A DNA stretch of 64,000 nt, taken from the NCBI GenBank assembly GCA_963772725.1, contig CAVYYI010000001.1, positions 1,184,001 to 1,248,000 of the forward strand, given 5' to 3'. The position numbers and the translations under genes are program-made. Below the pieces are notes generated by a model. That model searched no databases and was not told where the DNA came from. It was given only the letters and a program-made list of their open reading frames with translations. This DNA comes from an uncultured Phycisphaerales bacterium (GTDB lineage Bacteria > Planctomycetota > Phycisphaerae > Sedimentisphaerales > Anaerobacaceae). Shown in pieces: positions 30,407 to 41,569 of the stretch (positions are counted from its first letter, which is position 1; each line of letters starts with the position of its first letter).

Positions 30407-30709
30407 ATGAGCAAAAGGTATTTGTACGGAGCGATTGACATAGCGAACCTCAAGGCGATGGCGATAGGGACGAGTGAAGAGAAAATCAGGGAGTTTATTT
30501 CAGGCAAAGCGGATAAGACGGTAAAACGATTCAAGGTGATTATCGAAATGGGGAAGAATTACAACGTCAAATTGAATATCGATGATTTTTCGCCTGACGT
30601 GGCCAATTTCGAGGAGGTGAACTTAAAAATGCGAAGGCTGTGGGAGTTGATTTACCTGTTTGAAACGGATTTATCGGAATCGAATATGGAAATTTTCATT
30701 TTCGAGTAA
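30407..30709 (+). CDS. Hypothetical protein
   Basis: 100-aa ORF with protein-like composition and upstream TATAAT. Confidence 0.6.
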   Translation: MSKRYLYGAIDIANLKAMAIGTSEEKIREFISGKADKTVKRFKVIIEMGKNYNVKLNIDDFSPDVANFEEVNLKMRRLWELIYLFETDLSESNMEIFIFE

Positions 30710-31057
30710 AATAACCGCGGAGGTCGCAGAGAACGCAAAGTAAAAATATTTATTTAACCACAGATTTAACCTGTGAGATATTGGGTTAATCTCACGGGTT
30801 GAACACCGATTATCACAGACCAAAAGAGACCACTTATGACTAAATTTGCCGCTGGACAAGTTAGAAACACCGGGGTAAACTTATGATATGGTTTTTAATC
30901 GATAAATGATTATGATAAATATGGTCAAAAATAAATAAAAATAAGCATGGTGTCAGATATGCTGATATGCTAATTCTAAATTATATAATGCGTTAAAGCT
31001 ATTTTATCGGCAGTACCCAGATGAGTTATATTATAAATCGAATCAAAGATTATCCAA

Positions 31058-32863
31058 ATGACACTGATTAAAAAGGAAAATAAATCTAAGAGAAGTTGGC
31101 GGGATAAAGACCCCGCCCTACATTCTGCTGCTGGTTCGGTGAATTTTATATTGATTCTGGCTGTGGTGATTCTGTTCGGCATATTTTTAAGAATCTACCT
31201 TCTGGCAGACCAGATACTAATAGACGATGAATGGCAGGGAATGAATTATGCGGCGGGATGTAATTCGCTTTTTTATCTGCTCATTCATTTTGCAATGCCG
31301 GGAGCAACATGTATTCCGCAAAATGTTTACAATTATGTGCTGCTGAATACAACCGGGTGGAGTGAAATACTGCTGCGGCTGCCGTCCATTATATGCGGTA
31401 TTTTGAGTATGGTGATTTTTCCCTGGCTGATAAGAAAGGTGTTTAGCCGCCGCACCACTGTTATTTTTACGTTCCTTCTTGCAATATCTCCCTTTTTGGT
31501 TTTTTACAGTCGTGTTGCCAGGCCTTACAGTATGGTTACATTCTTGGGGTTTGTATCCATTTGGGCATTGTATTTATGGGCAACAAATGGAGAGAAAAAA
31601 TACGCTGTTCTGTATGCAGTAACCGGTATATTGGCTATATATTTTCACCTTTTTGCGGTCATAGGCGTACTTGTGCCGCTTGGTTTCGCTTTTTTATTTA
31701 AGCTTATGGAAGTATCTAAGGACAGCAAAAAGAAGGTAGTGCATGTAAAACCGTCCCCGACGACAATGATTATAGTGGGGACTGTGGTTATTCTACTACC
31801 AGCTGTACTTGTTGTACCCGGTCTAATAACAAGTGATTTTCCCATGGTGATCGCAAAAGACAGAGTAACTATTAAGTCGCTAATTGGTTTTGCCCGTATG
31901 CTCAGTGGAACTGCCGAGCCGGTATGGACGGTCTTTTTTTACGGGCTGCTGATATTCGGTTTAGCTGTACTTGTAAAAAGAACACGGCTGCTCGGCTGGA
32001 TTTTTATTGTTACAACGATTTCATATTTTGGTGTAATATATTTATCAAACCCGGCTTCAATTCATGCGCCTATAGTGATATCACGATATGTTGTTTTGCT
32101 TTTTCCGCTAAGCTTTGTTGCGGCGGCACTGGGAATGGACACCATACTGGAAGATATCAAAACAATAAAGTTAGTCGGTAAAATTCGTTATAGCACTTTT
32201 GTACTGAATATTGCCGGAGCCGGGTTTCTGGTAATGCTTTTCACCGCAGGGCCGCTGATTAGAATTTATTCGCCACCTAATAATTTTACAAATCACTCGG
32301 CGTTTCAAGAATCTTATGAACCGCTGAATTGGCAGCAGTCATACACCGCCGATATCGAAGACCAATATTTTACCGTACAAGAAAAGGATATGCCGAGCTT
32401 TTATCAGCAGCTCGCAAAAGAGCCGACAACAACTATTATTGAATATCCGATGTCTTATGTTAATCAGTTTAATCTGTACTACTATTACCAGCACTTTCAT
32501 AAGAAAGAGATACTTATAGGATATTTTGCGAGAGTAGATTTATCCCGCAGAAATTATATAATATGGGTTGATGAGTCGCTAAGTATCGTAAACAATGTGA
32601 GCCGATTCAGATTCAGAAATATGGTCAATGTGGAGAATATTGAGGCGATAAAACGCAGCGAAGCGAAATACATCATATTACATAAAAATCTGCTGCCTGG
32701 CGAATGGATGCCGCATAACTTCGCCTATCCCCATCAAGACTATAGTGGTATAGTTAGTCTCTTGGCGGGCAATTACGTTAAGGTTTTCGGAGAGCCCGTT
32801 TTTCAGGATAAAAATATCATTGTGTTTAAAATTATCCCAGCCAAACAGACGCAGGCAAATTAA
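31058..32863 (+). CDS. Polytopic membrane glycosyltransferase (GT-C fold, GT39/ArnT-like)
   Basis: LRIYLL..Q...DE, SEILLRLPS, LLAISPFLVFYSRVARPYS, RY motif; many TM helices and a periplasmic tail. Confidence 0.8.
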   Translation: MTLIKKENKSKRSWRDKDPALHSAAGSVNFILILAVVILFGIFLRIYLLADQILIDDEWQGMNYAAGCNSLFYLLIHFAMPGATCIPQNVYNYVLLNTTGWSEILLRLPSIICGILSMVIFPWLIRKVFSRRTTVIFTFLLAISPFLVFYSRVARPYSMVTFLGFVSIWALYLWATNGEKKYAVLYAVTGILAIYFHLFAVIGVLVPLGFAFLFKLMEVSKDSKKKVVHVKPSPTTMIIVGTVVILLPAVLVVPGLITSDFPMVIAKDRVTIKSLIGFARMLSGTAEPVWTVFFYGLLIFGLAVLVKRTRLLGWIFIVTTISYFGVIYLSNPASIHAPIVISRYVVLLFPLSFVAAALGMDTILEDIKTIKLVGKIRYSTFVLNIAGAGFLVMLFTAGPLIRIYSPPNNFTNHSAFQESYEPLNWQQSYTADIEDQYFTVQEKDMPSFYQQLAKEPTTTIIEYPMSYVNQFNLYYYYQHFHKKEILIGYFARVDLSRRNYIIWVDESLSIVNNVSRFRFRNMVNVENIEAIKRSEAKYIILHKNLLPGEWMPHNFAYPHQDYSGIVSLLAGNYVKVFGEPVFQDKNIIVFKIIPAKQTQAN

Positions 32864-32868
32864 TAGCG

Positions 32869-33633
32869 TCAGAGATTTACTGGTATGCCGCGATTTGCGA
32901 GGTATTCTTTTATTTGAGTGATGGTGTAATTTCCGAAATGGGTGATGGATGCCATAAGGACGGCGTCGACGCCGCCGATTATTATGGCGTCGTAAAGGTG
33001 TTCGAGTGTGCCTGCCCCGCCGGAAGCGATTACAGGAATATCGACCGCATCCGTACCGCTTTATTTAGTTCGTTGTCGTAGCCTGCTAGGGTTCCGTCGG
33101 CGTCCATCGATGTAAGCAGGATTTCGCCTGCGCCGAGTTTTTCCGCTTTAATCGCCCATTCGACAACGTCAATATCGGTAGGTTCGGTTCCTGCTTTGAC
33201 GCAGACCTGCCATTGGCCTGTTTTGTTTTTTTGAGCTGCGGGCGTCTATGGCGAGCACGACGCACTGATTGCCAAAACTCTGGGCGGATTCGGTGAGCAG
33301 ATTGGGATTTTCGACAGCGGCGGTATTGACAGATACTTTTTCAGCCCCGCTTCGCAACAGCGTATCAATCTGGTCAACGGTCTATATGCCCCCCCCTACC
33401 GTAAAGGGAATGAAAACATTTTCGGCAACTTTCCGGACAAGCTCCACGATAGTTTTGCGCGAGCGGATGGTGGCGGTGATGTCGAGAAATACAAGTTCAT
33501 CGGCACCGGTGTCGCTGTACCTGTAGCCGAGTTCGACTGGATCGCCGGCGTCGCGGAGATTAAGAAAATTAATACCTTTAACAACCCGGTTGTCTTTTAC
33601 ATCGAGGCACGGAATTATTCTTTTAGTCAGCAT
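32869..33633 (-). CDS. hisF: Imidazole glycerol phosphate synthase cyclase subunit (several frameshifts)
   Basis: [68 protein letters not shown] spread over shifting frames. Confidence 0.88.
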
Positions 33634-34245
33634 CAGGCATTCTTATCTTTACATATTTGCGCAAAATTATTGAGAACGGTAAAACCTGTCTGGCCGCTTT
33701 TTTCTGGGTGAAACTGTGTGCCGTAAATATTGCCCTTCTGGATGGAGGCAGGTAAATCAAAACCATAATCGGTATAGGCAATTTTCGCCTGCGGGTCGGC
33801 TACGTCCGCATAAAACGAATGGGCAAAATAAAAATGCTTTTGTTTTCCCAGGCCGTTGAAAATCGCCATATCGTCGCGGAGTTTTACCTAGATTCCAGCC
33901 CATGTGGGGTATGGTTCTGCCTGAGGGAATGGGGGCAACGTTACCAACGATAAGGCCGAGACCTTTGTGCGGGCCGTATTCGCTGCTGCTGTCAAAGAGC
34001 ATCTGAAAGCCTACACAGATTCCCAATAAGGGTTTACCGTTATTAGCGGCTTTTTTTACGGATTCGGCGAGCGAGCCGAGGGCGTTGACGGCATAACCGA
34101 AAGCAGCGACACCGGGCAAAACCAGGCCCACTGATTTTTCGATATCAACAGGGTTATTGCTAAGCTTAACCTCACAGCCTATACGCTGAAAGGCGTTACA
34201 TACGCTCTTAACATTTCCAACGTTATAATCAATAACAACTATCAT
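33633..34245 (-). CDS. hisH: Imidazole glycerol phosphate synthase glutamine amidotransferase subunit (frameshift near 33885)
   Basis: [45 protein letters not shown]. Confidence 0.88.
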
Positions 34246-34415
34246 AATTGCGATTAAGATACCGAATCGCTAAATAGCCAAATAAAAACGACCGATAAAC
34301 AATATTACAAAATTACTTTGCCGGATTGGCATTAATCTTTTACAATAGTATGGTATTATAATGTTAATTTGTTCCAACTGCAACCGAATAGAACAGTAAT
34401 TCAGAGGTAATTTAA

Positions 34416-36285
34416 ATGTGCGGAATAGTAGCTTATCTTGGAAAAAAGGTCGCGCAACCGATACTGGTGGAAGGATTAAAACGGCTTGAGTACAGGGGAT
34501 ACGACTCGGCTGGCGTGGCGCTTATGGGTAAAGGCGAAATCAAGGTTAAAAAGACCAGCGGCAGAATAAGCGAACTGGAAAAGATACTCGATGCGCCGGA
34601 CGGCAGCGAAACTATCGGCATAGCTCATACGCGATGGGCAACGCACGGTGCGCCAAATACGATTAACGCACATCCGCACATGGATTACACAAATAAAATC
34701 GCGGTCGTGCATAACGGCATTATCGAAAACTATGACACGCTAAGAATATGGCTGAAAAATGAAGGCGTGCGTTTTGTCAGCGATACCGATACGGAAGTAA
34801 TATCAAACCTGATTGGCTATTTTTACGCCAGGAGCGATGATAAAGAACAAAACAGGCAAACCAACGGGCAGAATAAATTTGAATGGGCGGTTCAGCGTGC
34901 GCTGCACGAGGTTCACGGGACGTACGGGCTGGCTATTATATGTTCGGATTTCCCAGAACTGCTGATAGGGGCAAAAAAGGGAAGTCCGCTTATTTTAGGC
35001 GTCGGGGATAAGGAATATATATTAGCTTCCGACGCGGCGGCGATTGTGCAAGCATACCGGAAACGCGATTTATCTTTCGGACAATGAAATGGTGAGCATC
35101 GGTACCGACGGCTTCCATACAAAGACGATTGATAACGTGGCGGTTACGAAAGACCTCAAACAGATTGAGTTTTCGCTGGACCAGATAGAAATGGACGGTT
35201 TCCCGCATCACATGCTCAAGGAGATTTTCGAGCAGCCGAAATCGCTGGCTATGTGCATGGGCGGAAGAATAGACGCTCATAATGGGAGAATCAAACTTGG
35301 CGGCATAGCCGCTCAGCTTCGCGATATGACACGAACCAAACATCTTATCCTGACGGCATGCGGTACGGCGTTTCACGCAGGCCTGGTAGGCGAATTTCTG
35401 TTCGAGAAACTGGCACGTGTTCCGACAGATGTTGAGTACGCGAGCGAATTTCGGTATCGTGACCCAATTATTGAAGATGATACAGTAGTAATAGCGATAA
35501 GCCAGTCGGGCGAAACAGCGGATACACTGGCGGCGGTGGAGCAGGCGAAAGAACGCGGCGCAACAGTACTGGGTATTGTCAATGTCGTAGGCTCAACAAT
35601 AGCAAGAACCACAGACGCGGGAATATATCTGCACGTCGGACCTGAAATAGGCGTAGCCAGCACAAAAGCCTTTACAGCACAGGTTGCGGCACTAACGATG
35701 ATGGCAATCGAATTAGGCAGGAGGAAGCACATCAGCAGCGACGACGTAACCAAATACCTCAAAGAGCTTTCGGCGATACCGGAAAAAATATCGCAAATAC
35801 TCAAGCAATCCGAACATATTAAGCAGATAGCGGCTGCGAATATAAATAAAAATAACTGGCTGTTTCTGGGCAGAGGTTTCAATTACCCTGTGGCACTGGA
35901 AGGTGCGCTGAAACTAAAAGAAATAAGCTATATCCACGCGGAAGGACTACCGGCAGCGGAGATGAAGCACGGGCCGATAGCGTTAATTGCGGATAAAATG
36001 CCGGCGGTATTCATCGCAACAGCGGGTCCTCAATACGATAAAATTATCGGAAATATCTGTGAGGTCAAGGCTCGGGGCGGCAAAATTATCGTTGTCGCTA
36101 CTGAAGGCGATGAGAACATAAAGCAATATGCGGACCATTTAGTCACCATTCCGGATGCGCCGGAACTTTTCCAGCCTATGCTTACGGTTATACCTGTGCA
36201 GCTTCTGGCATATCACGCCGCCGTGCTTCGCGGGCTTGATGTCGATAAGCCCAGAAACCTGGCCAAGAGTGTTACCGTTGAATAG
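34416..36285 (+). CDS. glmS: Glutamine--fructose-6-phosphate aminotransferase (frameshift near 35050)
   Basis: MCGIV, LEYRGYDSAG, HTRWATHG, HNGIIEN, SQSGETADT, VASTKAF, EGALKLKE, PRNLAKSVTVE. Confidence 0.95.
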
Positions 36286-36298
36286 GGAGCTTATCGGT

Positions 36299-37055
36299 TT
36301 GCGAACCAATCATACTATTTTCATTATAGGGGGCAGACTCATCTGCGCTTAAGGCGGGAAAACTCAAGGCAGGTTTTACACTGATAGAACTTCTTGTTGT
36401 GATAGCGATAATCGCCCTTCTGCTTTCTATACTGATACCGTGCTTAGGAAAGGCAAAGAATATGGCGGCGAGGCTAAAATGCGCGAGTAATCTCAAGCAG
36501 ATCAGCCTGGCGATAAATATGTACACCGGCGATAACGACGATAAGTTTCCCTGCGCGAATGACCCTATTTCGGCGTTGCCATTTTACTGGCTGTGGATGG
36601 GGTGCGGATGGCGGTCGTTTATGGAGCCCTATTTTATGTCTAAACTCAACGATAAAAATCCGTCAGTTCTATTTTGTCCGCTTGACCGAACAAGCAGGGA
36701 AAAATACGAATCCACAAGTTACAGTTATTCGATGGCGTTTTATCACAGCCCTGAGCAGATTGACCAGATGAACGCCTCAAGCGACACTTACAGCAATCCG
36801 CGACAGTCGATTCCGCAAAAAGTTTCTGATGTGGCCAAACCAAGCGGGAAAATTATCATCGGAGAATGGTTGAGCACTCATATCCCGGCAACGGGCGATA
36901 ACGGGTGGTGGAATTGGCTAGGCAGCAGGAATTATCTATTTGTTGACGGACAGGTAAGCTATCTGAAAGCTACACAAATAAATAAGGCCCGTGACGGTTT
37001 TCCCAATCCCAACCTGACATTCAGGGGCATAAAGGGTATCGATTATCAGCCCTGA
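36299..37055 (+). CDS. Prepilin-type N-methylation / DUF1559-like protein (start uncertain, probable G-run indel near 36330)
   Basis: [43 protein letters not shown]; planctomycete-expanded family. Confidence 0.85.
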
Positions 37056-37114
37056 TTTGGCCACCAAAATACGGGTGGCGAGCTAAACCGGTACATTATT
37101 GTTCACAGCGTATT

Positions 37115-40100
37115 CTATTCATTAGCATCTACGCTTATCTTTAACTGCTCAATGAGGTCATCCATTTTTTCTTTTGCCTGGGTTGTTTCTTCGGTCATGG
37201 TATTCGGGTCGCCTATCACAGATGGGGTAATAAACACAATCAACTCGTTGTTGCTCTTGACAGTTTCATTGTGACGGAAAACCCCGCCAAGCAGCGGAAT
37301 GTCACCTAACAGAGGAATTTTACGTTCGATAAGGCTGTCCTCCTGGAAAAGTATTCCGCCGAGCATAATAGTCTGAGAGTTTTCGACAATCGCGGTAGTT
37401 GTTGTGTTCATGTACGTTTGTACCGGCTGCGTGTTTACAAGGTCAGTGGTTAACTTCGATATTGTCAGGTCGATGTTCATATCCACAGAGTTTTGCGGCG
37501 TAATATTAGGGCGAGCGCGAAGCGTCATACCCACTCTCCGGTATTCAAAACTCTGGTTTATTGAGGTGCCTTCCGATGAAGACTGTCTATTCTGTATAAA
37601 GGCAACAGTTTGGCCCTTAAAGAAATTCGCCTCCTGGTTGTCTTTTGTCCATAGAGTCTGCTGATTAAGAATCTTGGCGTTTGTTTTTTTAACAAGGAAG
37701 TCAATCAGGGCGAAAACATTGGTACTGGCGTTGAGCGTAAACTGGCCCTGCGTATCGGCTTCTCGAAGTTTGGTAAGAGCGGTAACAGCATTTTCCTCTA
37801 ATTGGCCGAACGAGGTTGGGTCCGAAGCGAGCTGCAGTCCAAGAGAAGTAAGGTTACTATGGTCCACCTGGACAATAACGGCTTTAATTCTCACCTGTTT
37901 ACCGGGCTGGTCGAGTTCGTGAATCATTTCTTCAATGTTAGTCATATATTCAGGAGGAGACAAAACGAGAATAGCCTTGCTGCGCGGATCGGGAATAAAG
38001 CGTATTCTTCCAATGATATTGCTGATAGGCATTTCATCGGTTCTTCGCTGGGCGTTGTTCCATGGAGGTGTGTATTCACCCGAGGAAGTACCGGCAGTTG
38101 TATTTTTATTGGGATTCCCGGAATTGGAAGACGAGGTACTATTGTCAACATTTTCTTCCATACCGGTCTGTGAGAGTCCGCGAGCGCCTCGCTGGATGGA
38201 GGCGCGAGTACCAGGCTCATTAAACATAGCGTTTAGACGTTCGCTGAGTTCCTCGGGGTCGGCATAATTAAGAACTACGACTTTCGGAACTTCGCCCATT
38301 TCCTGATTATCAAGGTCTTCAACGAGTTTTACAATTACATCATAAGCCTCTGGAATCTTGCTTATAACGATTATTTTCTTGGTTCCGGGGACGGCTTCAA
38401 ATGTCAGTTGGCCAAAGAGAGGGCCTACGATTTTTTTCTTATCCTGCCTGCCGCTGCCGCCAAAGAAATCCATGTAATCTTCAAAAAATGAACGGCTACT
38501 TGATTTGTCGCTGAAAAGCGTCGTCAGGAGTTCAGCCATCTTGACAGGGTCGGAATTGCGCAGTTCGACTATTCTCGGTTTGACTTGTTCGATATCAATA
38601 GGAACGTCCCATTCTTTAATTTGGCCCTCGATTTTCAGCATATTTTCAGCAGAAGCGATTACTGTTAACTGTCCCATTGTGGGGAAAGATATAACCTTGA
38701 CGGTATTGGCAGAGCTTGTATCCCTCGACCTACGATACCAGTATGGCAGATTGGCGTTTTCATCGGCGTACAGGTCATCTATATTCTTTTTAACCTGGTC
38801 TGGATCAGCATGTTTCAAAATAAAAACTTTTGTTTCGAACTGGCCGCTCGGGACATCTATTTCCTGAATAAGTTTTTTGACCATATCGCGCAATTCCGCC
38901 CTGCCGAAAATCATAATCTGTCTTGCCTGGGCGAGCGGCTGCACAAGGATACTGGTTTTCAGTTCCGTACCGGGCATTTTCTGCATGGCATCGTTAAGAC
39001 GGCCGGCTACCTCGGTAGCATCAACGTATGTAACAGAAATTGTTTCATATTCGGAGGTTATCTGTTCTTTCTGGTCGAGTTTTTCAATCCATTCTCTTAT
39101 TTGTTTAATGTCCTCTGATGAGGCTTTGGCGATAATCCATTTGCGCTTCATTTCAGGGATAAGCACGATAGGCGATTGTGCAGAACCAACCACAATTGAA
39201 GATGCCCCTGCGGCTTCTTTTCCGCCCGGGCCGCCGCCGCTTCGAGGCTGATTATCACTACGGGAACGTGATGACCTGCCGCTGCTGGAACCTTCGCCTA
39301 AAAGGATTCTCAGCATCTGGACAGTTTCGGAGGGGTCGGCGTTATGAAGGATAAAGACTTCGGTAACGGTCGGCTCGGCTTCGGGGACATCCATCTGTAC
39401 GATAATTTTCTCAAAGCGCATCAAATTCTCAACGGTGTCAATAATCGTCAAAGTACGAGTGGTTTCATCGGCGTTTATATATCCATAATCCCCGATCATA
39501 GGCAGAATTACGCTGCTCATCTGCGCGGAGCTGTAATTTTTGAGCCTGAAGAATTTCTGCACGACCTGGCTTTTGTTTTCGATGCCGGCCAGAGGAGTAT
39601 CTGCGGGGACGACAGGCACCGACCCGAGAATCGCTTTTTTTATGGGCTTTATATAAATCGTGTCATCGGTTTGTTCAGCGATAAAGCCCTTTGTACGCAA
39701 CGCGCTGTAAATAAGGGAAAGCGCCTTTTTTCTTGGCAGCTTTTCAGAAGAGTATATCGTCAGTTTCTGCTTCATAGCCTCATCATCGGGGATAATCACC
39801 TTACCTGTCCATGCCGCGAGTTTCTGAATAATATCCTTCATCTCAACATCTTTAAGATTTAACGCTTCCATCGCTTTATTAGGGTCAACCGGCTGAGCGG
39901 ATTTAACGGCATTTGCGTCAGCAGGTTTGTTTGCGTCAGCGGGCTTATTGGCGTCGGCAGGCTTATTAACATCGGCAATCCTCTGAGGTCTGTTTGGTTC
40001 GCCCAATCCACTTTTGCTTTCACGGCGCCGCGCTTCATTTGTGTCTCCTGCCTTGACGGTCTCAGCGGATTTTTCAACTTTTGCCGGCATTTTGGATTTG

Positions 40101-40201
40101 TCAAGCCCCGGCAAAGGGGTATAAATGGCAACCCGCCAGACAATAAATACCAATACCGCAAAAGCTGCGGTTATAAGAATTACTGGTTTCAACCGTTTCA
40201 C
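37115..40201 (-). CDS. gspD: Type II secretion system secretin
   Basis: N0 (LNLKDVEM..II) and multiple N3-like domains (LKHADP, LRNSDP); LDQPGKQVRIKAVI; KIPLLGDIPLLGGVF, ELIVFITP. Confidence 0.9.
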   Translation of the reverse strand: MKRLKPVILITAAFAVLVFIVWRVAIYTPLPGLDKSKMPAKVEKSAETVKAGDTNEARRRESKSGLGEPNRPQRIADVNKPADANKPADANKPADANAVKSAQPVDPNKAMEALNLKDVEMKDIIQKLAAWTGKVIIPDDEAMKQKLTIYSSEKLPRKKALSLIYSALRTKGFIAEQTDDTIYIKPIKKAILGSVPVVPADTPLAGIENKSQVVQKFFRLKNYSSAQMSSVILPMIGDYGYINADETTRTLTIIDTVENLMRFEKIIVQMDVPEAEPTVTEVFILHNADPSETVQMLRILLGEGSSSGRSSRSRSDNQPRSGGGPGGKEAAGASSIVVGSAQSPIVLIPEMKRKWIIAKASSEDIKQIREWIEKLDQKEQITSEYETISVTYVDATEVAGRLNDAMQKMPGTELKTSILVQPLAQARQIMIFGRAELRDMVKKLIQEIDVPSGQFETKVFILKHADPDQVKKNIDDLYADENANLPYWYRRSRDTSSANTVKVISFPTMGQLTVIASAENMLKIEGQIKEWDVPIDIEQVKPRIVELRNSDPVKMAELLTTLFSDKSSSRSFFEDYMDFFGGSGRQDKKKIVGPLFGQLTFEAVPGTKKIIVISKIPEAYDVIVKLVEDLDNQEMGEVPKVVVLNYADPEELSERLNAMFNEPGTRASIQRGARGLSQTGMEENVDNSTSSSNSGNPNKNTTAGTSSGEYTPPWNNAQRRTDEMPISNIIGRIRFIPDPRSKAILVLSPPEYMTNIEEMIHELDQPGKQVRIKAVIVQVDHSNLTSLGLQLASDPTSFGQLEENAVTALTKLREADTQGQFTLNASTNVFALIDFLVKKTNAKILNQQTLWTKDNQEANFFKGQTVAFIQNRQSSSEGTSINQSFEYRRVGMTLRARPNITPQNSVDMNIDLTISKLTTDLVNTQPVQTYMNTTTTAIVENSQTIMLGGILFQEDSLIERKIPLLGDIPLLGGVFRHNETVKSNNELIVFITPSVIGDPNTMTEETTQAKEKMDDLIEQLKISVDANE

Positions 40202-40267
40202 TTTATTATCCTCCTGATTTTTCCGCTATTTATATGGTAATTTTGCATAGTTTTTTTACTATTTCGA

Positions 40268-41017
40268 TCAATTCATTTGCTGCTCCATAGCATCAACAGC
40301 CTTTTGCTTATCTTCGTCAGACATCTTGTTCCATTGCTGCCTGCCCTGCTCTTTTTGTTCATCCGACATTTGATTCCACATCGTCAGAAATTTTTCTCTT
40401 GCTTTGGGCGATAATTTGACACCCATCCACGCCAGGGGGTCATCAGCGGCGGGAGCTGGCACGGCGGCTTCAGGGGGCTTTTCCATTCTCGGAGGCATGC
40501 TTCTGGAACGGGGTCTTTCTTCACCTGGCGACTGTGTCTTGGCATTTGGTTCGGACGAAGCACCGCCGCTGGAGGTAATAGGCATAAATGCCTTTTCCTT
40601 ACCGTCCCAGAGAACCCTGACCTGTGTCGGCTCAATCGCCACAATTTGAGCGTCCTGAATCTTATCACCGACTTTGTACATTTTGCCTTCAATCAAGACC
40701 TCGTCGCCTAATATTCCGTTAACCTGCTTTACGGGATTTTGTTTAGGTACGGCCGGAATGAAAAGATTTTTCTTTTTAAGCTCGTCGGCAAACTTCTTAG
40801 GACCGGCAAAATATTTTTCCATCTGCTTGGGGTCAAGCCTGCTTTTCGCAACGGCTTTTTTAACCAATTGACCTGCCATTACCGATTTTACTGTAAAAAC
40901 GGCAATCTTGATTACAATCAGAAACGCCATAAAAATTGATAACCAGAGCATCGCTTTGGAAAATAATTCTTCCTTAGTTTTAATTTGAGATTTAAGATTT
41001 GAAATTTGATATTTCAT
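40268..41017 (-). CDS. GspC-like inner-membrane T2SS component
   Basis: Single TM; GILGDEVLIEG...KVGDKI..AQIVAIEPTQV HR-like domain; position immediately before gspD. Confidence 0.6.
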   Translation of the reverse strand: MKYQISNLKSQIKTKEELFSKAMLWLSIFMAFLIVIKIAVFTVKSVMAGQLVKKAVAKSRLDPKQMEKYFAGPKKFADELKKKNLFIPAVPKQNPVKQVNGILGDEVLIEGKMYKVGDKIQDAQIVAIEPTQVRVLWDGKEKAFMPITSSGGASSEPNAKTQSPGEERPRSRSMPPRMEKPPEAAVPAPAADDPLAWMGVKLSPKAREKFLTMWNQMSDEQKEQGRQQWNKMSDEDKQKAVDAMEQQMN

Positions 41018-41029
41018 ATTATTCCCGGC

Positions 41030-41569
41030 CTATTTAACTAATGTTGAGACGGTCAAATTAAGGTCGAATTCCTGCCTTTTCTTCGGGTCGCATTTTATCC
41101 TGAACTCTTCTATCCCAACCAGATAGGGATTTTCCTTTAGCGCGGCAAGCAAATCAAGAACCTGTTCGAATCTGGCTTTGCCTGTACATTTAAGGGATAC
41201 TAATTTGTAACCGGCCAGTCGTTTTGTATTCGAAGAAGGAAGAATCTGGATTGGGTTGGACTGGATTCCGGCTTTTTTTAACTGTTCGCTGATTTTGTCT
41301 CTGAATAAACTTTTCTGCTTTTCCTCGTTTTGCGGTAATTCGAAGACCGGAACCGCAAAGAGCAGATTATCCTGTCCCGCGTCAGCCGAGGCGACAGCTT
41401 TTAAGTCCTGCTTTACCTGCGCAAGTGATTTCCTTGTCTCTTTCCAGCGGTCAATCCAGCCCAGCAGAACTGAGGCAGCGAGAATAACAACCGCGAGGAT
41501 AAGCCCAAGCTTCAACGCACGTTTATCTTTTTCACCTAATTTTTCCAGCATAATTATCCCGTTCATCAA
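41030..41569 (-). CDS. GspM/PilO-like protein
   Basis: EKDKR-TM-coiled coil-ferredoxin-like domain; operon position. Confidence 0.7.
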   Translation of the reverse strand: MMNGIIMLEKLGEKDKRALKLGLILAVVILAASVLLGWIDRWKETRKSLAQVKQDLKAVASADAGQDNLLFAVPVFELPQNEEKQKSLFRDKISEQLKKAGIQSNPIQILPSSNTKRLAGYKLVSLKCTGKARFEQVLDLLAALKENPYLVGIEEFRIKCDPKKRQEFDLNLTVSTLVK

